A stretch of 64,000 nt of DNA from Myxococcota bacterium. GTDB lineage: Bacteria; Myxococcota_A; UBA796; CAJQPC01. The translations under genes and the position numbers were made by a program. Positions 57,906-64,000 of this stretch are shown piece by piece. Each line of letters begins with the position of its first letter. The first letter of the stretch is position 1. A model generated the notes under the pieces. That model worked only from the letters and a program-made list of their open reading frames with translations, searched no databases and was not told the DNA's origin. The DNA lies in contig JAZAMN010000062.1 in NCBI GenBank assembly GCA_036229005.1, positions 32,001-96,000 on the forward strand, written 5' to 3'.

Positions 57906-59381
57906 GTGGACTTCATCGATCGCAGCAAGGCCAAGCCCCTGGGCGAGGGCGCCTTCCTCTGCCCTGAAGGCAGCGTGCTGGACCCCGAGCTCTCCGCGCT
58001 GGCCATCGCCTACAAGCGCACCGCCGCCCGCTACCGGGCCATGACCGCCGAGGAGATCCCCGACCTGCCCTCGGGCGAGCTCTGGGTCTCCCCAAAGATC
58101 GACGGCCACCTGTGGCTGGCGGTGTTCGAGGCCGGCGAGGTCTGCCTGATCTCCCACCGCAACCGCGTCATCTTCGGGGACCTGCCGGTGCTCAATGAGC
58201 TGCGCGAGCGCGTGGCCCCCAACACCCGCGGCCGCACCATCCTGGCCGGTGAGCTCTTCGCCCTGCGCCGCGAGGGCCGCCCCCGCTCCGGAGACGTGGG
58301 CGCCGCCCTCTCGGGGGGACCCGCCGCCCAGACCCAGCGCCTGGGCTTCTACATCTTCGACCTCTACCGGGGGGGCGACGCCGAGAACCCCGTCGCGACC
58401 GGCGAGTACTTCGAGCGCTGGGAGACCCTGGAGCGGCTGGTCGGCAAGGGCAAGCGGGCCCAGCTCGTACCCACCACGCCCGTCAAGAGCCAGGAGGCCG
58501 TGCAGGAGCTCTTCCAGAAGCACGCCATCGACGGCAAGGCCGAGGGCCTGGTCGTTCGCTCCGCGGACGGCCGCAGCTACAAGGTGAAGCCGGCGTTCGA
58601 CCTGGACTGTGCGGTGATTGGGTTCACCGAGCGCCAGGGCGACGACGGCCGCATGTTGGTGCGCAGCGTGCTCCTGGCCGCCATGCGCAGCGACCGCCAG
58701 CTCCAGATCATCGGGAGCTGCGGGAACTTCGGCGGCGACGACGAACGGGCGGCCCTCTACCAGGAGCTCTCCGGCCTGGTGGTGGAGTCCAGCTACCGCT
58801 ACCCCAGCTCGTCTGGCGCCCTCTACCGCTTCGTGAAGCCCGACCAGGTCCACCAGGTCCGGGTCACCGACATCCAGTCCGAAGACGGCAGCGGCGGCGC
58901 CATCATGCGCATGGTGCTGGCCTTCGACGACGCCCAGGGCTTCCACCCCGTGCGGCCCATGCCCGGCGTGTCCATCCTGCACCCGGTCTTCCAGCGGCGC
59001 CGCCCCGACAAGGCCGTCGACCCCCACGACGTGCGCCTGGCCCAGGTGCTCGAGCGCGTCGAGCTCTCCGAGACCGAGACCGTCGCCGAGCCCGTGGAGC
59101 TGCCCGAGAGCACCCTGCTGCGCCGCCAGGTCTGGACCAAGACCACCAAGGGCCAGGTGGCCGTGCGCAAGCTGCTGCTCTGGAAGACCGAGAAGGAGGC
59201 CGTGGACAGCCGCTTCCCCGCCTACGTGGTGCACTGGACCGACTACTCCCCGGGCCGCAAGGACCCCATCAAGCGGGAGGTGAAGCCAGCCGTGAGCCTT
59301 GAGCAGGCTGAGCACACCGCCCAGGAACTGGTCGCCAAGAACATCAAGCGGGGCTGGGCCCCCGTCGAGGACACGCTGTGA
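57906..59381 (+). CDS. ATP-dependent DNA ligase-like protein with OB fold and C-terminal WGR-like domain
   Basis: Nucleotidyltransferase motifs I PKIDG, III LAGEL, IIIa YIFDL, IV EGLVVR and V YKVKP; OB fold LDCAVIG. Confidence 0.88.
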   Translation: MDFIDRSKAKPLGEGAFLCPEGSVLDPELSALAIAYKRTAARYRAMTAEEIPDLPSGELWVSPKIDGHLWLAVFEAGEVCLISHRNRVIFGDLPVLNELRERVAPNTRGRTILAGELFALRREGRPRSGDVGAALSGGPAAQTQRLGFYIFDLYRGGDAENPVATGEYFERWETLERLVGKGKRAQLVPTTPVKSQEAVQELFQKHAIDGKAEGLVVRSADGRSYKVKPAFDLDCAVIGFTERQGDDGRMLVRSVLLAAMRSDRQLQIIGSCGNFGGDDERAALYQELSGLVVESSYRYPSSSGALYRFVKPDQVHQVRVTDIQSEDGSGGAIMRMVLAFDDAQGFHPVRPMPGVSILHPVFQRRRPDKAVDPHDVRLAQVLERVELSETETVAEPVELPESTLLRRQVWTKTTKGQVAVRKLLLWKTEKEAVDSRFPAYVVHWTDYSPGRKDPIKREVKPAVSLEQAEHTAQELVAKNIKRGWAPVEDTL

Positions 59382-61267
59382 GCCAAGAGCGCATCGACAA
59401 CCTGGCCGCCCGCCTGGAGCAGGCCAACGCCGCCTACCGCGCCGGCGAGCCCACCATGAGCGACGCCCGCTACGACGAGCTGGTCGAGGAGCTCCGCGGG
59501 CTCGCCCCCGAGCACCCCTGGCTGCACCAGGTCGAGGCCGAGGATCTGCCCGTCAAGGACCAGGTCCGCCACCCCAGCCCCATGCTCTCCACCGAGAAGG
59601 CCTACCAGCCCGCCGATCTGGAGCGCTGGGTGGAGCGCGTGCGCAAGGCCGCCGTGGAGCAGGGCATCGACACCGACTCCCTGGTCTTCCGCATGACCCC
59701 CAAGCTGGACGGGCTGGCCGGCCGCGACGACGGCCAGGTCCTCGCCACCCGGGGCAACGGGCGCGTGGGCTACGACATCTCCAGCGCCTGGGACAAGGGC
59801 TTGGTCGCGGTGGGCGGCCGGGGCCAGGGCGTGGGTGAGATCGTGCTCGTGGAGTCCTGGTTCAACGAGCACCTCGCCGATGCCTTTGATCACCCTCGCA
59901 ATGTCGCGGTGGGCATCGTCAAGGCCGACGAGGTGAACCAAGACTTCCTGGAGGCACTCCAGGACGAGGTCGTCCGCTTCGTCCCCTACAGCAGCTTCAA
60001 CACCCAGGACGGCACCGCCTGGGAGGGGAGCGCCCAGGAGCTGCTGGAGCAGACCGCCGAGATCACCGCCCGGCTCCGGGAGGCCGTCGACTACCCGCTG
60101 GACGGCATGGTCGTCGAGGTCCTGGGAGACCCCCTGCGCGCCTACATGGGCGCGACCTCGCACCACCACCGCTGGCAGATCGCCCTCAAGGAGCGCGGCG
60201 AGCTGGTGCAGACCGTCGTCAACCAGGTCGTCTGGCAGACCGGCCGCACCGGCAACGTCACCCCCGTGATGGAGGTCGAGCCCGTGCGCGTCAGCGGCGC
60301 CACCGTCTCCCGCGTCACGGCCCACCACGCCGGCATGATCCGGGACAAGGGCATCGGCCCCGGCGCGAGAATCGAGATCATCCGCTCCGGCGAGGTGATC
60401 CCCAAGCTGGAAGAGGTGCTCAGCCCCGTCGAGCCCACCCTGGTCTCCGCGTGCCCCTCCTGTGGCACCGAGCTGTCCTGGCGCAACGACTTCCTGGTCT
60501 GCGAGGCCGGCCTGGAGTGCCCCGCCCAGGTCGAGGCCGCCCTGCGCCACTGGTTCCGCACCCTGCGCACCGCCGACTTCTTTGGCCCCAAGACCATCGC
60601 GCGCCTGGTCGAGGGCCGCACCGATCTGGAGACGGGGGACATCGTCCAGCGCTGGGACCGCCTGCCCAAGGTCTACGACCTGACCGAACAGGACCTGCGC
60701 ACCCTGGGCTTCGGCCCGGGCCAGACCAAGAACCTGCTGGAGGCCCTGCAGATCTCCCGCTCCACCCCGGTCGAGGACGCCCGCTGGCTCGCCGCCTTTG
60801 GCATCCGGGATCTGGGGGTGGGGGACTCCCGCAAGCTGCTGGCGGCCTTCCACATCGAGGATCTGGGCGGCATCACCGCCGAGCAGATCGCCGCCATCAA
60901 GGGCTTCGGGGAGATCACCTCCCAGAGCATCGCCGCGGGCCTGGAGCGCCGCTGGCCGGTGATCTCCGAGATGCTCAGCCGCGGCTTCAACCTGGAGCGC
61001 ACCCCCCTGGCCGGCGAGGCCCCGGAGATCGAGAGCCCCGTGGCCGGTAAGCGCGTGCTGTTCACCGGCAAGATGGTCCAGGGCACCCGCGACGACATGA
61101 AGACCCGGGCCAAGGCGCTGGGCGCGGTGCTCGCCAGCGGCGTGTCCAAGAACCTGGATCTGCTGGTCATCGGCGAGAAGGCCAGCCCCGCCAAGGTCGA
61201 GAAGGCCCGCAAAGCCGGCGTCGAGGTGCTGACCGAGGCCGAGTACCTGGCGCGGATCGGGGGCTGA
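59378..61267 (+). CDS. ligA: NAD-dependent DNA ligase (compact LigA-like)
   Basis: SDARYD, PMLS, PKLDG, TRGNG, HPRN, DGMVV, GRTG, RSGEVIP, a C4 zinc finger, HhH repeats and BRCT. Confidence 0.92.
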   Translation: MSQERIDNLAARLEQANAAYRAGEPTMSDARYDELVEELRGLAPEHPWLHQVEAEDLPVKDQVRHPSPMLSTEKAYQPADLERWVERVRKAAVEQGIDTDSLVFRMTPKLDGLAGRDDGQVLATRGNGRVGYDISSAWDKGLVAVGGRGQGVGEIVLVESWFNEHLADAFDHPRNVAVGIVKADEVNQDFLEALQDEVVRFVPYSSFNTQDGTAWEGSAQELLEQTAEITARLREAVDYPLDGMVVEVLGDPLRAYMGATSHHHRWQIALKERGELVQTVVNQVVWQTGRTGNVTPVMEVEPVRVSGATVSRVTAHHAGMIRDKGIGPGARIEIIRSGEVIPKLEEVLSPVEPTLVSACPSCGTELSWRNDFLVCEAGLECPAQVEAALRHWFRTLRTADFFGPKTIARLVEGRTDLETGDIVQRWDRLPKVYDLTEQDLRTLGFGPGQTKNLLEALQISRSTPVEDARWLAAFGIRDLGVGDSRKLLAAFHIEDLGGITAEQIAAIKGFGEITSQSIAAGLERRWPVISEMLSRGFNLERTPLAGEAPEIESPVAGKRVLFTGKMVQGTRDDMKTRAKALGAVLASGVSKNLDLLVIGEKASPAKVEKARKAGVEVLTEAEYLARIGG

Positions 61268-61294
61268 GTCGAGGAGGAGGGGGATGGATGGTGC

Positions 61295-62059
61295 TCAGGC
61301 CGCCCGTCTCCACCGCCTCACACCCAGCAGCACCAGCACCCCCAGCACCCCCGGCCCCAGCGAGGTCACCCTGCGGCTGGTCGAGCACCCGGGGACCTCG
61401 GCGCGGGACTCGCAGTGGAGCGCCTCGCTCCACTGCTCGCTGCCGTTGGGGTCGTAGAGCGCCAGGGTCAGGCAGCGGTCGGCGCTCTGGAGCGTGCCGC
61501 TGGCCTCCAGATCCTGCTCGAAGACGACCTCGCGGGGCTCGGACTCCAGGTGGGCCCAGGAGAACCAGCTCGTGCTGGGGTCGCTCACCCGCAGCCCCCA
61601 CCCGGGGTCTGCGCTCGCGGGGACCCACAGGGTGAGGGCCTCGAAGCTGTGCTGGCGGCGCCGGAGCTCCAGGCAGCTCGGGGTGGTGCGCTCGGAGACC
61701 CACCCGGTGGACCAGGAGACCGCCAGCAGCTCGGGGCGGTCTCCGGGCAGCGCCCAATCGGTCACGGGCAGGGTGACCTCGACGGTGACGGGATCTCCGA
61801 GGTTGTGGAGCAGGTAGGTGCCCGGGGGTTGGGCCGCGTCGATGGACCACTGCCCGAGCCCGTCCCCCTCCAGAGAGACCCACTGCTCTCCATCCAGGTC
61901 GCTGAGGCCTGGGCTGTAGAGGGCGCTGCCCTCGGGACGGACGACGCCGCCTGCCGGGATGCTGTCGCCGGCGAGCGGGTAGGCGATGGGGTCGCTGGTG
62001 GGGGCCGGGGAGCAGGCCTCGGCGGGGGAGGGGAGCCAGGCCAGCAGCAGCCAGGACAT
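61295..62059 (-). CDS. Exported protein with MYXO-CTERM-like anchor
   Basis: Short signal; ends GCST...hydrophobic...RRWRR. Confidence 0.7.
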   Translation of the reverse strand: MSWLLLAWLPSPAEACSPAPTSDPIAYPLAGDSIPAGGVVRPEGSALYSPGLSDLDGEQWVSLEGDGLGQWSIDAAQPPGTYLLHNLGDPVTVEVTLPVTDWALPGDRPELLAVSWSTGWVSERTTPSCLELRRRQHSFEALTLWVPASADPGWGLRVSDPSTSWFSWAHLESEPREVVFEQDLEASGTLQSADRCLTLALYDPNGSEQWSEALHCESRAEVPGCSTSRRVTSLGPGVLGVLVLLGVRRWRRAA

Positions 62060-62490
62060 CAGGGCTTGAGCCGCAGGCGCTGGGTGAGCTCCTCCAGAGC
62101 GGCGTCCACGAGCGGGTCGTCGTTTCGCTTGCGGTGGCGCTGGATGCGGTCCAGGACGGCGCGGCGGTGCTCGGGCTGGTCGCTCCCGGCGCGGGCAAGG
62201 CGGCGCAGGAGCTTGTCGCGGTCGTCCGTGTCGGCCCCCAAGGCGGCCAGCACGGCGGAGAGCACCTTGGCGGCGGCCTGTCCGGCCTCCTGGGCGCGGT
62301 CCAGGAGCATCAGCTCGGCGATCTCGGCCGAGATCTCCCAGGGGGCCAGCTTGCCCAGCTTGAGGTGCTCGGTCGTGCCGGCCTCGGTGCGGACGGCGAA
62401 GGTGCCCGCGGGGATGGGGGTCCCGCTGGGCACCAGGAAGTAGCGGTGGGGTCGCTGGACGGACTCCAGGACGCGGGGACGGGCGCTCAC
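62059..62490 (-). CDS. Hypothetical protein
   Basis: GTG at 62490 overlaps the upstream stop (GTGA); its own stop overlaps the next ATG. Confidence 0.55.
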   Translation of the reverse strand: MSARPRVLESVQRPHRYFLVPSGTPIPAGTFAVRTEAGTTEHLKLGKLAPWEISAEIAELMLLDRAQEAGQAAAKVLSAVLAALGADTDDRDKLLRRLARAGSDQPEHRRAVLDRIQRHRKRNDDPLVDAALEELTQRLRLKP

Positions 62491-63068
62491 TGCCTGCAAT
62501 CCTGGAGCGTGACGCCGTGCTGAGCGGGGAGGGTGAGCCCGCCGATCTGGCAGTTGCTGAGGGTCACGCCGGCGAGCTTGGCGCTGCTCCAGTCCACGTC
62601 CAGGAACTCGCAGTCCTGGAAGTGGGCGCCGCTGAGGTCGGTGTGGCCCCACTTGCCGCCGTCGAACTGGACGCCGACAAAGCGGGCATCCGTCCACCGC
62701 GCCCGCTCCATGTCGCAGTTGGAGAAGCTGCTCTGGTGGACCTTCACCCCCGGCGCCTTGGAGAGGGCCAGGAAGCAGCCCTTGAAGGCGCTCTGGTGGA
62801 TGAGGGCCTGGTCCAGCTTGGCTGAGAGGAACACGCAGGCCATGAAGGTGCAGCTCTCGAGCTCGGCCTCCTGCATCCGGGCGGAGCGGAGGACGGCTTC
62901 GACCAGCTCGCAGTCGGACAGGCGGATCTGTGCGAGCTCCTGTCCGGCCAGCGCGACGGACAAGAGGCGGAGGTGGCTCCGGTCGATCCGGCCCTCGCCT
63001 TGTCGGCCACGCTCAAGCCAGGCCCGATGGGCGCGCCCGGCGGTCCCCAGGATGGTGTCGGTCTTCAC
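62487..63068 (-). CDS. Pentapeptide repeat protein
   Basis: Regular (A/C/S)-x-(L/F)-x-x five-residue periodicity. Confidence 0.88.
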   Translation of the reverse strand: MKTDTILGTAGRAHRAWLERGRQGEGRIDRSHLRLLSVALAGQELAQIRLSDCELVEAVLRSARMQEAELESCTFMACVFLSAKLDQALIHQSAFKGCFLALSKAPGVKVHQSSFSNCDMERARWTDARFVGVQFDGGKWGHTDLSGAHFQDCEFLDVDWSSAKLAGVTLSNCQIGGLTLPAQHGVTLQDCRQ

Positions 63069-63070
63069 GC

Positions 63071-64000
63071 TCAGTTCCCCATGTTCTTCTTGTTGTCCCG
63101 CCCGATGCCCTGGTAGGCGCGAGAGGCCTCCTCCAGCCGCTGGATGTCGAAGCGCTTCTGCACGCGGGGGCCCAGGTCCTTGTAGAGGATGTCCTTGCCG
63201 TCGATCTTGATGGCGACGTCGCCGTCGACGAAGGCCTCGATCATGTCCTTGGCCTGGTTGTACTCCTGGTGGAGATCGGTGTCCATGACGCCGCCGGCGT
63301 CGGTGTTGATGGACACGTCCAGGTTGAAGTAGAGCGCCCTCAAGAGGGGATGCTCGGCGTAGTCCTGGATGGCGTTGGTCTGCTTGTTCGAGCCGATGTT
63401 CATCTCCACGTGGATGCCCATGGACTTGAGCTGACGGAGCTGACTGTCGGTGGCGTGGGTGATGTGGCCGGCGCGGATCTGCAGCTTGTCCTTGTCGTTC
63501 CCGAGCGCCTTCTGGACCTTGGCCACGGAGTCGATGAAGCCCTGGATGTTGTGCTGGGCCTTCTTGATCTCCGCCGCTCGGTCGACGCCCTCCGTGAAGT
63601 AGCCCTCACCGACGTGGACCCGGAACACCATCTCCTGGCCCTCGGCCAGCTTGCCTGCCTGCTCCAGACAGCAGTCGACGAACGCGTCCTGACCGCCCTG
63701 CTGGAAGAAGGGCTCGGCGCCCAGGTAGTCCACGCCGACGTGCAGCGGCATGTCCGCGTCCTGCGCCAGCGTGATGCCCTTGGCCCGGTCGCCCTCCTTC
63801 TTGGGCACGCCCATCGCCTTCTTCTTGGCGTCCGCCTGGTCCACGTTGCCCATGGTCTCCCGAGACCGGATGGAGGCCAGGAAGCGGACCTCGACCCCGG
63901 TCTCGTCCATCACCTTCTTGATGGTCTCCGGGTCCACCTTGGCGGAGTAGCCACCGGTCAGCTCGATGTAGGTGATGCCCTGCTTGGCGAGCCGCTCCAG
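63071..64000 (-). CDS. Adenosine/AMP deaminase-like amidohydrolase domain (5'-partial)
   Basis: Frame open to the window edge: GITYIEL, GVDY.G.E, VHVGE, RAGH, SN, HP and INTD. Confidence 0.75.
   Translation of the reverse strand: MERLAKQGITYIELTGGYSAKVDPETIKKVMDETGVEVRFLASIRSRETMGNVDQADAKKKAMGVPKKEGDRAKGITLAQDADMPLHVGVDYLGAEPFFQQGGQDAFVDCCLEQAGKLAEGQEMVFRVHVGEGYFTEGVDRAAEIKKAQHNIQGFIDSVAKVQKALGNDKDKLQIRAGHITHATDSQLRQLKSMGIHVEMNIGSNKQTNAIQDYAEHPLLRALYFNLDVSINTDAGGVMDTDLHQEYNQAKDMIEAFVDGDVAIKIDGKDILYKDLGPRVQKRFDIQRLEEASRAYQGIGRDNKKNMGN

Overview
A high-GC, gene-dense bacterial chromosomal segment. It is most consistent with a Myxococcota-like organism, based on MYXO-CTERM-like tails, MopE-like Cys/Asp repeats, a kinase-NTPase-TPR protein and many lipoproteins. 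I found no rRNA, tRNA, CRISPR array or mobile element. Recognisable genes include surA-like/pdxA, hflX, a GH13 amylase, an NfeD-like gene with two flotillins, endonuclease I, a FAH/maiA/hmgA homogentisate cluster, TadG/TadE-like pilins, an Arg-tRNA-protein transferase-like gene and fpr. Four things stand out. (1) A coupled four-gene operon (56593-61267) has two unannotated genes that each resemble a divergent Ku core by eye, followed by an ATP-dependent ligase with a WGR-like tail and an NAD-dependent ligase; this is a candidate heterodimeric-Ku end-joining system. (2) A 12.7-kb minus-strand block links a 1320-aa tubulin/FtsZ-like protein with tandem GYF_2-like domains, a pseudokinase and an active/inactive transglutaminase-like pair to a Ter-type cluster carrying an NCKX-like Ca2+ exchanger. 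(3) One protein fuses an aldo-keto reductase, a P-loop kinase and a HAD phosphatase. (4) Apparently leaderless genes (TANNNT 5-7 nt before ATG) and ultra-short signal peptides recur across the window. All family calls come from motif recognition by eye; no database searches were run.
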